DNA of 64,000 nt from an uncultured Chloroflexia bacterium (GTDB lineage: Bacteria > Chloroflexota > Limnocylindria > Limnocylindrales > CSP1-4). Positions 1-10,988 of the stretch are shown in pieces. The notes under the pieces are model-generated. The model made no database searches and was not told the DNA's origin. It saw only the letters and a program-made list of their open reading frames with translations. The stretch covers positions 1,696,001-1,760,000 of the forward strand of contig OY970218.1 of the NCBI GenBank assembly GCA_963713975.1, written 5' to 3'. Each line of letters starts with the position of its first letter. Within the stretch, counting starts at the first letter, position 1. The position numbers were made by a program, and so were the translations under genes.

Positions 1-878
1 TCCAAGGTCACGGCATCGCACAGGGGTCCGCACAGTCGATCCAGGATCGAGGTGCGGAGCAGGAACTCGCCGATGGCCGGCGGCTGGCGCGCAAGGACCT
101 CCTCGACCAGGTAGTCGAGCACGAAGCGGTGGCTCCCCGAGAACGACCGGATGAACTCGGCGGGATCCTCGTGTCCCTGGAGAGAGATGGCGGCGAGCTG
201 GAGGCCGGCGATCCAGCCCTCCGTGGTCGTGTCGAGCGCGTGGACGTCCGCCGTCGAAAGACCGAGGTCCATCACCTGGTTCAGGAACGCGGCGCTCTCC
301 TCGGGAGTGAAACGCAGGTCCGCGGCGCGAACCTCGTTCAGCTCGGCCCTGGCGCGCATTCGCGCGAGCGGCAGGGCGGGATCCTCACGAGTGGCGATGA
401 CCACGTGCATCCGCGACGGAAGGTGTTCGACGAGGAAGGCCACGGCTTGATCGACCGGCTTCGCCTCCAGGCAGTGGTAGTCGTCAAGCACCAGCACGAT
501 ATCCGCGGAGGCGGTGGCGAGCTCATTCAGGAGCGGCGTCAGCGTCTCCTCGACCGGCGGCGACTGACGCGAGCCGAGGGTGGCGAGCACACTCTCACCG
601 ATGCCCGGCACGACGTTCCGCAGCGCTGCCACGAGGTGCGCAAGGAACCGGTCTGGATCGCTGTCCCCTTCGTCCAGGGAAAGCCACGCGACCGGCAGGT
701 CGCACGCGCCGACCCACTCTGCGACCAGGGTGCTCTTGCCGAAGCCCGCCGGCGCCGCGACGAGCGTCAGCCTGCGCCGGAGGCCCTCATCGAGCCGCTG
801 CTCGAGACGCGGTCGCAGGACCATCCGGGACCGGCGCGGCGGCACGTAGAGCTTGGTCGCCAGGATCGCCGTCGACAC
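1..878 (-). CDS. MalT/LAL-family ATP-dependent LuxR regulator, N-terminal part (runs off window)
   Basis: Manual translation from GTG 878 gives STAILATKLYVPP, Walker A APAGFGKST and [13 protein letters not shown]. Paralog of 2899-5598. Not in the ORF track. Confidence 0.9.
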   Translation of the reverse strand, partial: MSTAILATKLYVPPRRSRMVLRPRLEQRLDEGLRRRLTLVAAPAGFGKSTLVAEWVGACDLPVAWLSLDEGDSDPDRFLAHLVAALRNVVPGIGESVLATLGSRQSPPVEETLTPLLNELATASADIVLVLDDYHCLEAKPVDQAVAFLVEHLPSRMHVVIATREDPALPLARMRARAELNEVRAADLRFTPEESAAFLNQVMDLGLSTADVHALDTTTEGWIAGLQLAAISLQGHEDPAEFIRSFSGSHRFVLDYLVEEVLARQPPAIGEFLLRTSILDRLCGPLCDAVTL

Positions 879-956
879 GACCGGATCATAGGCGTCGGGA
901 CGGTGCGTAGTCGGGGTTCGACGCGCCTACCCGGGCCCCGTGAATACCTCTCCGAT

Positions 957-1000
957 TACCTCTCGGGAGGTATGACACCCGGACGCTGCCAACCGATGCT
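957..1000 (+). promoter_or_regulatory. Palindromic operator overlapping a sigma70-like promoter
   Basis: TACCTCTCGGGAGGTA (957-972), then ATGACA (972-977), 17 bp, GATGCT (995-1000). Same layout at 5686-5730. Confidence 0.7.
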
Positions 1001-1054
1001 GGCCCTGCCCAGCCGATGGGCACCGCCACCAGAGGCATCGAGGCCAGGAACGCA

Positions 1055-1372
1055 ATGTCCGATGACATCGAGCCCCGTCCGGAGACGAGTCAAACGGCGG
1101 CATATGAGATCCGGGTCGGGGGCCACCTCGGATCTGCGTGGTCCGACTGGTTCACGGGTCTCCGCGTCACGCCCGAGGACAACGGCGACACCCTCCTTGC
1201 GGGCCCCCTCGACCAGGCGGCGCTGCACGGCGTCCTGCGACGGGTTCGCGATCTCGGCATGCCGCTGATCGCCGTGACTCGGATCGAGTCGGGACGACGC
1301 GTGCCTCAAGCCTCGCTCTCGTCAACGTCAACCACGGAAGGGAGACAGGACAGTGAACACGAACCGAACTAA
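1055..1372 (+). CDS. Small conserved hypothetical protein ('DQAALHG' family), copy 1
   Basis: YEIRVGGHL..WSDWF..DQAALHGVLRRVRDLGMPLIAV; two paralogs in the window; ATG 1055 follows AGGA. Confidence 0.85.
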   Translation: MSDDIEPRPETSQTAAYEIRVGGHLGSAWSDWFTGLRVTPEDNGDTLLAGPLDQAALHGVLRRVRDLGMPLIAVTRIESGRRVPQASLSSTSTTEGRQDSEHEPN

Positions 1373-2102
1373 CGCCGCAGCTGCGGGGAAGCCCGGCATG
1401 AGCGCGGATCGGAAGGCCGCCGTCTGGATCGGCGTGCTGTACATCATCGGGACGGTGGGCCTCGTGCTCAGCGCGGTCGTAACAGGACCGATCTTCGAGG
1501 GCCCGGACGTCCTGGCCCAGGTCGCCGCGCAGCCCAGCCAGGTGGCGATCGGAGCGCTGCTCGTCCTGGTGGCGGGCTTCTCGCTCGCGATGGTCCCGGT
1601 CGTGTTCTGGTCGATCGGCAAGCGGTACAACGAGACGCTGGCGATGGGGTATGTGGTGTTTCGTGGCGGGCAGGAGATGGTCATGTACCTCGCCACCGCC
1701 CTGGGGTGGCTGATCCTGATCGCGCTCAGCACGGAGCCGGATGTTGCGCCGCTCGCCGGCTTCCTGCGCACCGCCGAAGCCGTGGCCTGGGACCAGCTGC
1801 TCGCCATCCCGTTCGCTCTCGGCGCGCTCATGTTCTATGTCGTGCTGTATCAATCTCGGCTCGTGCCCAGGTGGTTGTCCGTCTGGGGGCTCGCGGGGGC
1901 CGTGCTCTACATCGGCGCGCCGCTAGGGAGCATGTTCGGGCTCTCGCTCGGCGTCCTCATGGTCCCACTTGCCTTGCAGGAGATGACCATGGCGGTGTGG
2001 CTGATCGCCAGGGGCTTCAACGCTCCTGCCGCCGCCGCCGAGTCTGCCATCGCTGCAGCACCTGCGATCGAGACCTCGCTGGCCGGCTCGGGTGCCCTGT
2101 GA
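1353..2102 (+). CDS. DUF4386-like membrane protein
   Basis: Multi-TM; C-terminal LYQSRLVPRWLSVWG..E...AVWLIARGF signature. Confidence 0.8.
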   Translation: MNTNRTNAAAAGKPGMSADRKAAVWIGVLYIIGTVGLVLSAVVTGPIFEGPDVLAQVAAQPSQVAIGALLVLVAGFSLAMVPVVFWSIGKRYNETLAMGYVVFRGGQEMVMYLATALGWLILIALSTEPDVAPLAGFLRTAEAVAWDQLLAIPFALGALMFYVVLYQSRLVPRWLSVWGLAGAVLYIGAPLGSMFGLSLGVLMVPLALQEMTMAVWLIARGFNAPAAAAESAIAAAPAIETSLAGSGAL

Positions 2103-2249
2103 CGCCCCGGTGATGATCCCGGAGACACGGCCCCTTGCCCAGTCTCAAGGAACCCGTTCCGTGCGCTCCGTCGTCTCTGCCACGCCACGACAACAGATCG
2201 ACCAAGGTATCGCCCTAGCCGCTGGTCAACCACGGGAGAAACCGGAACC

Positions 2250-2708
2250 ATGACTCGCATCACCACGACGAAAGCGCTTCTAGCACTGCTCGGACTGCTC
2301 GTCATCGGGCTGGTTGCCGTCGGCGTTGTCGGCACGTGGCCCACTGCCAGGGCCGCCGTGACGATGAGCGCCAGCTGCGACCAGTTCGACGCCCAGAAGG
2401 GCATCACCCAGACGGCCGAGGTGTTCGTCGGCGACGAGGTCACGGTGACGCTCTGCTCGAACCCGACGACCGGCTTTGCCTGGCAGGAGCCGGAGATCTC
2501 GGACGTTGGGACGGTGAGCCTCGCAGACAAGACCTTCGGCGCACCGGTCGCCGGCGAGTCGACGGCCGTCGGCGCGGCGGGCACCGACTACGTCACCCTC
2601 AAGGCGACCGCCAAGGGCACGAGCACGATCGTCCTGCACTACAGCCAGCCGTGGGCCGGCGACACGTCCAATGCGTGGACCTACACACTGACGGTGACGG
2701 TCCGGTAG
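2250..2708 (+). CDS. Secreted chagasin-like cysteine protease inhibitor (I42 family)
   Basis: Signal/TM segment; [13 protein letters not shown] and YSQPW motifs. Confidence 0.85.
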   Translation: MTRITTTKALLALLGLLVIGLVAVGVVGTWPTARAAVTMSASCDQFDAQKGITQTAEVFVGDEVTVTLCSNPTTGFAWQEPEISDVGTVSLADKTFGAPVAGESTAVGAAGTDYVTLKATAKGTSTIVLHYSQPWAGDTSNAWTYTLTVTVR

Positions 2709-2898
2709 CCCCGGCGGCCGCAGCCCGGCGGCTGCCCCGTTGCGAGCGCCCGCCAGGCGGGCGCTCGTGACGATTCAGTTCAGCACGTGGGGCGACGTGC
2801 CTCCGATGACCCAGGACACGCCATCGCGTCCGCGGTGGCCGTCGCATGTCTGCACGGGAGACGATCATCCCCGGGACCAGCGTCTCTATAGTTGCTCG

Positions 2899-5598
2899 GT
2901 GCCCGCGCCGATCCTGGCCACCAAGCTGCACATCCCACCTTCGCGGCGAAGGATGGTCCTCCGTCCGCGACTGATCGAGCGGCTGGACGAGGGCCTCGCT
3001 GCCGGCCACAGGCTGACCCTCGTCTCCGCTCCCGCCGGCTTCGGGAAGACCACCCTGGTGAGCGAATGGGTCGCGGGCTGCGGACGACCGGCGGCGTGGG
3101 TGTCGCTCGACGCCGGTGACAGCGACCCCAGCCGCCTTCTGACCTACCTGATCGCGGCCCTGCAGACGGTTGCACCAGGGATTGGAGACGGCGTGCTGGC
3201 CGGGCTCCAATCGCCGCAGCCCTCGCCATCCGAGTTGATCCTGACGACCCTGCTCAACGAGCTCACCGCGATCCCGAGCACCGTCGTGCTGGTTCTCGAC
3301 GACTGCCATGTCCTCGATGCCCGGCCGGTGGACGATGCGCTGGCCTTCCTGGTCGCACATCTCCCGCCAAATGTGCACCTGGTCATCGCGACCCGGGAGG
3401 ATCCCGCCCTGCCCATGGCCCGGCTGCGCGCCCGGGGGCAGATGACCGAGCTGCGCGCCGCCGATCTCCGCTTCACCCCGTCCGAAGCCGCCGAGTTTCT
3501 CAACCAGGTGATGGGTCTGGATCTCGCCGCCGACGACATCGCCGCCCTGGAATCTCGCACCGAAGGCTGGATTGCAGGCCTGCAGCTGGCCGCGATCTCA
3601 CTGCAGGGCCGTGACGATGCCGCGGGCTTCATCGCCTCGTTCGCCGGCAGCCACCACTTCGTGCTCGACTACCTGGTCGAAGAGGTCCTCCATCGGCAGC
3701 CCGAACCCATCCAGACCTTCCTGCTCTGCACGTCCATCCTCGATCGGCTCTGCGGCCCCCTGTGCGACGCCGTCCTGCATGGGGATGGCGACCCGCAACC
3801 CATCCGCTCCGCATCCGGACAGGAGATCCTGGGATATCTCGAACACGCAAACCTGTTCGTCGTCCCCCTTGACAACGAGCGGCGCTGGTACCGCTATCAC
3901 CATCTGTTCGCCGATCTGCTGCGGCAGCGGTTGCACGAGGGTGCCGAGCCGTTCGAGGGAGATGGTGGATTGGGCGTGGCCCAGCTGCACAGCCGCGCCA
4001 GCCAATGGTATGAAGATCAGGGCCTGGATGTTGAAGCCTTTCACCACGCGGCAGCCGCCAACGATGTCGATCGCGCCGAGCACCTGATCGATATCAAGGG
4101 GCTGCATCTGCATTTGCGTGGAGTGACCGCCACACGAGACTGGCTGGCGTCGCTGCCGAACTCGGTACTGGATGCCAGGCCCTCGCTGCGGGTGAGGTCA
4201 GCCATGCTCTCGCTCGTTGCCGGACGGTCGACCGGTGTGGAGGAGAATCTGCAGGCCGCTGAAACAGCCCTTGCAGGTGCGGAGCTGGACGACAGGACCC
4301 GGGACCTTGTCGGACAGATTGCCGCCGCCAGGGCTACCTTGGCGGGCGTCCGCCACGAGCCGGAAGTCGCGATCACCCAGGCGCGCCGTGCGCTGGAGTA
4401 CCTGCATCCCGACAACCGGTCTTCCCGTTGCAGGGCGAACTGGACCGCGGGGATGGCCTTCATGGCCCGGGGAGAACGCGATGCGGCCGATCAGGCCTTC
4501 GCGGAAGCCCTGGCGATCGCCCAGGTGTCCAGGAGTCCTGTCGACATCACGCTGGCCGCAACCTGCCTGGGAGAGATACAGGAACTGGGAAACCAGCTGT
4601 ATCCGGCGGCCGAGACCTATCGGCAGGTTCTGCAATTGCTCGGTGATCAGCTGCGGCCGGTTGACTACCGCACCCACCTTGGCCTGGCCCGCGTCCTCTA
4701 CGAGTGGAACGACCTTGAGGCCGCCGAACAGCACGCGCTGCAGGCCTTCGAATTGGCGCGGCAGTATGACCGCGCGATTGACAGGTTCATTCTGAGCGAG
4801 CTGTTCCTGGCCCGCCTGAAGCTGGCCCGGGGAGATGTGGCCGGCGCGGCCGCCATGTTGGCGGAGACCGAGCAGTGTGTACGCCAGAACAGCTTCGTAC
4901 ATCGGATGCCTGAGGTTGCCGCTGCCCGCGTGCTGGCGTTGCTGCAGCAGGGCGATCTGGCGGGCGCCGCGCACCTGGCCCACGCGCATGACCTCCCCCT
5001 CAGTCAGGCTCGGGTACACCTCGCTCAGGGAGATCCCGCCGCAGCGCTGGCGGTGCTGGAGCCGTATCGCCGGCGGGTGGAGGAACGGGCCTGGGCGGAT
5101 GAGCAGCTCAAGACCATGATCCTGCGGGCCATCGCCTTCCAGGCCCTTGGCGAGCGGACCAGGGCCGTGGAGCTCCTGGACGAAGCGCTGGCAGTGGCCG
5201 AGCCGGGGGGCTTCATCCGCATCTTCGTCGATGAAGGTCCACCGATGACTCGCCTGCTCTGCGAGGCGCTGTCCCAGGGGGTTCAGCCGGGCTACGTTCG
5301 GAGGTTGCTGGCGGCGTTTCCCGTCGATGAACCCGATGCAGGCGCCCCACCGATGACGCCGGGCGCTGGAGCCCGCCTGGCCGAACCGCTGAGCAAGCGC
5401 GAGCTCGAAGTGCTCCCTCTCCTTGCCGAAGGGCTGTCCAACCAGGAGATCGCCGCCAGGTTGTACCTGTCCCTGCACACGGTGAAGGCGCATGCCCGCA
5501 GCATCTACGCCAAGCTCGGTGTGAACAGCCGCACGCAGGCAGCCGCCAGGGCGCGAGCCCTGGGATACCTGTCCCATGGCGGCCGACCGGACGCGTGA
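2899..5598 (+). CDS. MalT/LAL-family ATP-dependent LuxR regulator
   Basis: [35 protein letters not shown]-like region and C-terminal LuxR HTH. GTG 2899 chosen by paralog alignment and TATAGT 6 nt upstream. Confidence 0.95.
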   Translation: MPAPILATKLHIPPSRRRMVLRPRLIERLDEGLAAGHRLTLVSAPAGFGKTTLVSEWVAGCGRPAAWVSLDAGDSDPSRLLTYLIAALQTVAPGIGDGVLAGLQSPQPSPSELILTTLLNELTAIPSTVVLVLDDCHVLDARPVDDALAFLVAHLPPNVHLVIATREDPALPMARLRARGQMTELRAADLRFTPSEAAEFLNQVMGLDLAADDIAALESRTEGWIAGLQLAAISLQGRDDAAGFIASFAGSHHFVLDYLVEEVLHRQPEPIQTFLLCTSILDRLCGPLCDAVLHGDGDPQPIRSASGQEILGYLEHANLFVVPLDNERRWYRYHHLFADLLRQRLHEGAEPFEGDGGLGVAQLHSRASQWYEDQGLDVEAFHHAAAANDVDRAEHLIDIKGLHLHLRGVTATRDWLASLPNSVLDARPSLRVRSAMLSLVAGRSTGVEENLQAAETALAGAELDDRTRDLVGQIAAARATLAGVRHEPEVAITQARRALEYLHPDNRSSRCRANWTAGMAFMARGERDAADQAFAEALAIAQVSRSPVDITLAATCLGEIQELGNQLYPAAETYRQVLQLLGDQLRPVDYRTHLGLARVLYEWNDLEAAEQHALQAFELARQYDRAIDRFILSELFLARLKLARGDVAGAAAMLAETEQCVRQNSFVHRMPEVAAARVLALLQQGDLAGAAHLAHAHDLPLSQARVHLAQGDPAAALAVLEPYRRRVEERAWADEQLKTMILRAIAFQALGERTRAVELLDEALAVAEPGGFIRIFVDEGPPMTRLLCEALSQGVQPGYVRRLLAAFPVDEPDAGAPPMTPGAGARLAEPLSKRELEVLPLLAEGLSNQEIAARLYLSLHTVKAHARSIYAKLGVNSRTQAAARARALGYLSHGGRPDA

Positions 5599-5685
5599 GC
5601 TGAGGGTCTCCGCGAGCGAGACCCGGGCGGGCCGGGGGCCGATCGCCGTGTCCGCATTCCCGCACGCCCGGGATTAGTCCCCCGA

Positions 5686-5730
5686 ATACCTCCCGGGAGG
5701 TATGACACGCATCCCGCGCCGGGACATGCT
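5686..5730 (+). promoter_or_regulatory. Perfect 18-bp palindromic operator plus sigma70-like promoter
   Basis: ATACCTCCCGGGAGGTAT (5686-5703); ATGACA (5702-5707), 17 bp, CATGCT (5725-5730). Confidence 0.75.
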
Positions 5731-5788
5731 GCCCGTGCAGTCCACCGATGGGTGGCTGGCACTGATCAGCCGCAACAGGCACGGAGCG

Positions 5789-6052
5789 ATGTCCCAGGCA
5801 CTCGACCCACAATCCGACCCACGCCAGCCGATGGCCTACCAGATCCGCATCACGGGCCAGCTCGGTCGTGGGTGGGCGGACTGGTTCGAGGGCCTGACGA
5901 TCATGCTCGAAGGCGGCGACACGCTGATCACCGGCCTCGTGGCGGACCAGGCCGCGCTGCACGGGTTGCTCAAGAGCGTGCGTGACCTGGGAATGCCCCT
6001 GGTGTCGGTCACACCTATCGATCCCGAACCAAGAGACGGAGATGGAGCATGA
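5789..6052 (+). CDS. Small conserved hypothetical protein ('DQAALHG' family), copy 2
   Basis: YQIRITGQL..WADWF..DQAALHGLLKSVRDLGMPLVSV; GGAG RBS. Confidence 0.85.
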   Translation: MSQALDPQSDPRQPMAYQIRITGQLGRGWADWFEGLTIMLEGGDTLITGLVADQAALHGLLKSVRDLGMPLVSVTPIDPEPRDGDGA

Positions 6053-6777
6053 ACACGGAAACCGTTCACCTCGCACCGGCCCGGATGGCCAGGATCACGG
6101 GTGGCTTCTACCTCGCCTACATCGTGGCGTCCGTCCTTGCCACGATGCTCGGGCAGATCGGGCTTGGTACGGCGCCGCAGGTGTACCAGGCGATGGTGAC
6201 GAACGAGGCGTCGTTCCGCCTCGGCCTTGTGATCGCATTGACATCGGGGTTCCTCTTCCTGATGGTCGCCTGGGGTCTGTACGTCCTGCTGCGACCGGTC
6301 AACAGGAATCTGGCACTGCTGTTCCTGCTGCTCAACGCCGTGGGTGTCGCCATCACGGGCGCGAGCCTGTTGTCGCTGATCTCCGCGATGCTGCAGGGCG
6401 ACGGGGCGAGCCACATGCAGGCCTTCTCGGCGGCACAGCTCGAGGGGCTGGCGTACCTGTCGATCAACGTCTACAAGCTGGGCTTCGTCACGGCGCAGCT
6501 GTTCTTCGCCACGTGGCTGTTCCCGCTCGGCTACCTCGTCTACCGGTCCGGGATCCTTCCCCGGTTCCTGGGCGTCCTCCTGGTGCTCGACGGAGTCGCC
6601 GTCCTGGTCTGGTTCCTCCAGGCCCTGCTACTGCCGGACTACCCCGCGATCCACACCCCTGGGCTCGCGCTGAGCTTCGTCGCCGAGGTCGGGCTGGCGT
6701 TGTGGCTCCTCGTCATGGGCGTCAAGGTCGCTGGGCAGGAAGGCGCGTTCGGCCCGGCTCAGGCGCACCTCGCATGA
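6049..6777 (+). CDS. DUF4386-like membrane protein
   Basis: ARITG.FYL start, YRSGILPRFLG, E..LALWLL; ATGA overlap with the upstream gene. Confidence 0.8.
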   Translation: MNTETVHLAPARMARITGGFYLAYIVASVLATMLGQIGLGTAPQVYQAMVTNEASFRLGLVIALTSGFLFLMVAWGLYVLLRPVNRNLALLFLLLNAVGVAITGASLLSLISAMLQGDGASHMQAFSAAQLEGLAYLSINVYKLGFVTAQLFFATWLFPLGYLVYRSGILPRFLGVLLVLDGVAVLVWFLQALLLPDYPAIHTPGLALSFVAEVGLALWLLVMGVKVAGQEGAFGPAQAHLA

Positions 6778-7940
6778 GACTGTTACGCAACCTCGCCCGA
6801 CGGCGGCTTCGGACCGCCCTGACCGTCAGCGGGATCACGATCGGCATCTGGGCCCTCGTGGTGTTCGGCTCGATGGCCGACAAGATCAGCTCGATCGTCG
6901 CCATGGGCAGCGACTACTACGCGGGCAAGATCGTCGTCACCGACAAGTCCGGTGGCACGTTCGCCGACGGCCCGATGGAGATCGCCCTGGTCGACGCCAT
7001 CGCCGCGATCGACGGGGTGGCCGCGGCCGTTCCGGGCGTCAGCACCCTCCTCGATCCCGAGTCGGCCGGCGGGCCGAGCATTCCGGACATGATCGTCGGC
7101 GTCCTGCCCGGTGCCGACCAGGGTCACCGGTCGTTCGATTTCCACTACGCGCAGGGTCGGGCGCTCAGCGCCGCAGACGCCGGCTCCCTCGTGGCCGTTC
7201 TCGGCTCCGACCTCGCCCGCAAGACGGGCAAGGGTGTCGGCGACACGCTCGAGATCCGGGGCATGGCGTTCGACATCGTCGGGATCCTCGAGCCGACCCT
7301 GACCGCCCCGGATACCACCGTCCTGGTGCCGCTCGCGGCCGCCCAGGAGATCTTCCTCGGGGACCTGCCGCCGGTCCTCCGCCAGGACCTTGCGGCGGAC
7401 CGGCTCGCGACCGATATCACGGTCTACCCCGACGAGGGGGCCGACGTCGATGCCCTTGCCTCGCGGATCGAGGCTGACATCCCGAACGCGTCGGCGATGA
7501 CTGCCACGGAGTTCGACGACGTCGTGGGTTCATCCGTCGCGATCTTCAACGCGATCATCGTCGGCGTGGCCCTCATCAGCCTGATCGTCGGCGGCCTGTC
7601 GGTGATCAACACCATGGCCATGTCGGTCGCCGAGCGGACCCGGGAGATCGGGATCAAGCGCGCGATCGGCGGTTCGCGGGCGCGTGTCATCCGCGAGCTC
7701 GTGAGCGAGGCCGGCCTGATCGGCCTGCTCGGGGGCCTGCTGGGGCTGGCCCTCGGCTCGGTGGTCGTCGTCCTCGCCAACGAGGCCGGACGGGGCTCGG
7801 GAACGATCCTCTTCCTGCTCACCCCGAAGACGGCGATCTTCGCGGTCGGCTTCTCGACCATCCTCGGCGTCGTCGCCGGGATCGTCCCCGCCTGGAACGC
7901 GGCGCGCCTCGATCCGGTCGCGGCCCTCCGCTACGAATAG
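6774..7940 (+). CDS. MacB/FtsX-type ABC transporter permease
   Basis: NTMAMSVAERTREIGIKRAIG, C-terminal DPVAALRYE; ATG 6774 overlaps the previous stop. Confidence 0.9.
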   Translation: MRLLRNLARRRLRTALTVSGITIGIWALVVFGSMADKISSIVAMGSDYYAGKIVVTDKSGGTFADGPMEIALVDAIAAIDGVAAAVPGVSTLLDPESAGGPSIPDMIVGVLPGADQGHRSFDFHYAQGRALSAADAGSLVAVLGSDLARKTGKGVGDTLEIRGMAFDIVGILEPTLTAPDTTVLVPLAAAQEIFLGDLPPVLRQDLAADRLATDITVYPDEGADVDALASRIEADIPNASAMTATEFDDVVGSSVAIFNAIIVGVALISLIVGGLSVINTMAMSVAERTREIGIKRAIGGSRARVIRELVSEAGLIGLLGGLLGLALGSVVVVLANEAGRGSGTILFLLTPKTAIFAVGFSTILGVVAGIVPAWNAARLDPVAALRYE

Positions 7941-7950
7941 GAGTCACAAC

Positions 7951-8691
7951 ATGGCGCTTCTCGAAGGGCGCGACCTGCGCAAGACGTACAAGCTCAGCCG
8001 CCGCAACGAGGTCCAGGCGCTGCGCGGCGTCGATGTCTCGATCGAGGCCGGCGAGCTGGTCGCGATCATGGGCCCGTCCGGATCCGGCAAGAGCACCCTG
8101 ATGCACCTGCTCGGGCTGCTCCACAGCCCGGACCAGGACCACAGCCCGGCGCCGGAGCTGTCGTTCGACGGTCGCGACGCGACACGCATGACGGACGCCG
8201 AGCGGACCCGGATCCGGGCCCGCGAGATGGGCTTCGTGTTCCAGCAGTTCAACCTGGTTCCGACGCTGACCGCAGTCGAGAACGTCATGCTCGCCGGCGA
8301 ATACGCCGGTCTCGGCCGGCGCGAGGCACGCGAGCGGGCGATGGCGCGCCTGGACATGGTCGGCCTGGCCGAGCGTGCGACTCACCACCCGTCCGAGCTG
8401 TCGGGCGGCGAGCAGCAGCGCGTGGCGATCGCCAGGGCGCTCGTCAACGACCCGGCGCTCGTTCTCGCCGACGAGCCGACCGGCAACCTCGACTCGCACC
8501 GGTCCGCGGAGCTCCTGGGCCTGATCCGGAGGCTCAACCGCGAGCACGGCCAGACGTTCGTGCTCGTCACCCATGACGCGGAGGTCGGAGCTGCGTGCGA
8601 CCGGATCATCCGGATGCGTGACGGCCTCGTCCAGGCCGTTGAGCTGGTCACCGAACCCACACCGGGCGACGCCTGGGATGCCGCCGCATGA
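7951..8691 (+). CDS. ABC transporter ATP-binding protein (LolD/MacB-like)
   Basis: [26 protein letters not shown]. Confidence 0.95.
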   Translation: MALLEGRDLRKTYKLSRRNEVQALRGVDVSIEAGELVAIMGPSGSGKSTLMHLLGLLHSPDQDHSPAPELSFDGRDATRMTDAERTRIRAREMGFVFQQFNLVPTLTAVENVMLAGEYAGLGRREARERAMARLDMVGLAERATHHPSELSGGEQQRVAIARALVNDPALVLADEPTGNLDSHRSAELLGLIRRLNREHGQTFVLVTHDAEVGAACDRIIRMRDGLVQAVELVTEPTPGDAWDAAA

Positions 8692-8711
8692 CGACTCGAA
8701 GGGAGCACACG

Positions 8712-9230
8712 ATGTCAGAACCGTCGAAGCAGTCCACGTCCCTGCCGCCGCGCTGGTTCATCCGCTCGTTCTGGGCGGGCCAGCGGGCCGTCTATTCCGT
8801 CACGGGCGGCCGGCTCGGCCTCCGCCGGGCGACCGCCACGCAGTGGGGCATGCTGCGCCTGCGGACGGTCGGGCGCCGCAGCGGCGAGGAGCGGGTGGCC
8901 ATCCTCGGCTACTTCGAAGACGGGACCGACCTGGTCACGATGGCCATGAACGGCTGGGCCGATGCCGAGCCCGCCTGGTGGCTCAACCTGCAGGCGCAAC
9001 CCGACGTCTTCGTCGACCTGCCCGGTGGGTCGCGCGCCGTCCACGGACGTGCCGCGAACCCGGACGAGCGGCCGCGCCTGTGGGCCATTCAGGCCACCTA
9101 CGACAAGGGCCTCGACGCCTATGCCGCGCGGCGATCGCGGGAGACCGCGGTCGTCATCCTGTCGCCCCGACCCGATCGCGGCCCCGCGAGCGGAGGGCGA
9201 TCCTCGGGCGAACGCCGTCCGACGCCGTGA
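8712..9230 (+). CDS. Ddn-like (deazaflavin-dependent) nitroreductase/quinone reductase
   Basis: [31 protein letters not shown]. Confidence 0.8.
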   Translation: MSEPSKQSTSLPPRWFIRSFWAGQRAVYSVTGGRLGLRRATATQWGMLRLRTVGRRSGEERVAILGYFEDGTDLVTMAMNGWADAEPAWWLNLQAQPDVFVDLPGGSRAVHGRAANPDERPRLWAIQATYDKGLDAYAARRSRETAVVILSPRPDRGPASGGRSSGERRPTP

Positions 9231-9324
9231 GTCGCGATGGGCAGTTGGGACAGGAGCATCGCAGCTCCAATCATCATGCTCCAGCTCAACCCCGACCTGG
9301 CGGCCGGGCACCAGGGCCGCTGAC

Positions 9325-10086
9325 ATGATCGAGCCGCGCAAGCGCCGACGGCTTGCGATCGTTGTCGGGGTGCTGTTCCTGGTCGCGGTCGTCGCGGGCC
9401 AGGCCACCGCCTTCCTGTCCCAGTCCCTGCGCGACAGCTCCGATCGCATCGACCTGCTCCCGGGCCACGCGACGGAGTTGGCCTGGGCCGCGCTCTTCAT
9501 CTGCGTGATGGGTGCCGCTGGCGTCGGAACCTCCGTCGCGTTCTATCCCATCCTCCGCCAGCGGAACGCGAACCTGGCCATCGGGTCCATCGCGTTCAGG
9601 GCGGCCGAAGCGGTCATGTGTATCGCCTGCGCCGCGACCCTGTTGTTGATCGGCGACCTAAGCCAAGTGCCCGTGGGCGCCGCCGCCCCCGACTGGGACG
9701 GCAACGGGGCAGGGCCGCTCATCGACCTCTTCAACCAGCTCTACCTCTTCGGCCTGCTGGCCTTCGGCATCGGCGCCGTGTGCTACTCCTGCGCCCTCTT
9801 CCGGTCGCGGATCCTTCCCCGCTGGCTGTCCGGCCAGGGACTCTTCGCATCGGTTCTGTGGACCGGCGGCATCTCGTGGGCCATCGTTGCCCACGGCCAG
9901 GAGGTCACCTTGTCCCAGATGCCGCTCCTCCTGAACGAGCTGGTCCTGGCGGCCTGGCTCATCTCCCGGGGCTTCGGCTCGCCCCGGCCGGCATTGGCCT
10001 CGTCACCGGCCCTTGCGGTCCCTTCGCCGGCCCACGCGGCTGGACGCCTGGAGCCGGGACCATCGCCCGTGGGGGACATGGCATGA
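9325..10086 (+). CDS. DUF4386-like membrane protein
   Basis: LFRSRILPRWLS..NELVLAAWLISRGF; paralog of 1353-2102. Confidence 0.75.
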   Translation: MIEPRKRRRLAIVVGVLFLVAVVAGQATAFLSQSLRDSSDRIDLLPGHATELAWAALFICVMGAAGVGTSVAFYPILRQRNANLAIGSIAFRAAEAVMCIACAATLLLIGDLSQVPVGAAAPDWDGNGAGPLIDLFNQLYLFGLLAFGIGAVCYSCALFRSRILPRWLSGQGLFASVLWTGGISWAIVAHGQEVTLSQMPLLLNELVLAAWLISRGFGSPRPALASSPALAVPSPAHAAGRLEPGPSPVGDMA

Positions 10087-10988
10087 CGGCCGTGATCGAA
10101 GTCGACCGGCTCGTGAAGCGCTACGGTGATTTCACGGCCGTCCGTGACGTCTCGTTCAGGGTCGAGGATGGGGAGATCTTCGGCATCCTCGGGTCGAACG
10201 GATCGGGAAAGACCACCACGGTCGAGAGCCTGCAGGGTCTGCGGAGCATCGAGGGCGGCTCGGTGTCCGTGCTGGGGTTGGACCCTTCGACCCACGCCCA
10301 GGAGATCCGGCGGCGGGTCGGCTCCCAGCTGCAGCAGTCCGCGCTCCCCGACCGCATCAAGGTCTGGGAGGCCCTCGAGCTCTTCAGCTCGATATCGAGT
10401 CGAGGGCCCTCATGGCGCTCGGTTCTGGCTGACTGGGGACTGGACGAGAAGAGGAATGCCAGGTTCGGCAGCCTCTCGGGAGGCCAGCAGCAGCGGCTGT
10501 TCATCGCCCTGGCCCTGGTGAATGACCCGCAGGTCGTGTTCCTCGATGAGATGACCACCGGGCTCGACCCGGCGTCGCGTCGCGTGGCCTGGGACCTCAT
10601 CCGCAGGGTGAGGGATCGCGGCACGACGGTCGTGCTCGTGACCCATTTCATGGACGAGGCCGAGGTCCTGTGCGACCGGCTCGTGGTCATCAACCAGGGC
10701 GTCGTCGTGGCCGGCGGGACACCGGGGGAGCTGATCGACCGGCTTGGCGGCGGGGTTCGCGTCAAGTTCACCCTGGACGGTGAGGAGCCGAGATGGCTCG
10801 CCCAGGTGCCCCATGTGCGTGGCTGGACAAGGGATCGGAACCGCTACGAGGTCATCGGCAGCGGGCCGGTCCTTGCCCATGTCGCGGCTGCCCTGGTCGC
10901 GCATGGTGATCCTCCCGCCGATCTCCGCCAGGAGCGGGCAACGCTCGAGGACGTCTTCCTGCAGCTCGCCCAGGGAGCCGTGTCGTGA
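10083..10988 (+). CDS. ABC transporter ATP-binding protein (drug-exporter type)
   Basis: GSNGSGKTT, LSGGQQQR, LDEMTTGLD. Confidence 0.95.
   Translation: MTAVIEVDRLVKRYGDFTAVRDVSFRVEDGEIFGILGSNGSGKTTTVESLQGLRSIEGGSVSVLGLDPSTHAQEIRRRVGSQLQQSALPDRIKVWEALELFSSISSRGPSWRSVLADWGLDEKRNARFGSLSGGQQQRLFIALALVNDPQVVFLDEMTTGLDPASRRVAWDLIRRVRDRGTTVVLVTHFMDEAEVLCDRLVVINQGVVVAGGTPGELIDRLGGGVRVKFTLDGEEPRWLAQVPHVRGWTRDRNRYEVIGSGPVLAHVAAALVAHGDPPADLRQERATLEDVFLQLAQGAVS

Noticed and set aside
129-1268. 379-aa + strand ORF and many similar long Arg/Pro-rich ORFs
   Set aside because: Antisense or off-frame shadows of real genes in high-GC DNA; here the real gene is the - strand LAL regulator.
5982-6773. N-terminal extension of the 652-aa permease ORF
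   Set aside because: Overlaps the DUF4386-like gene out of frame; the real start is ATG 6774.
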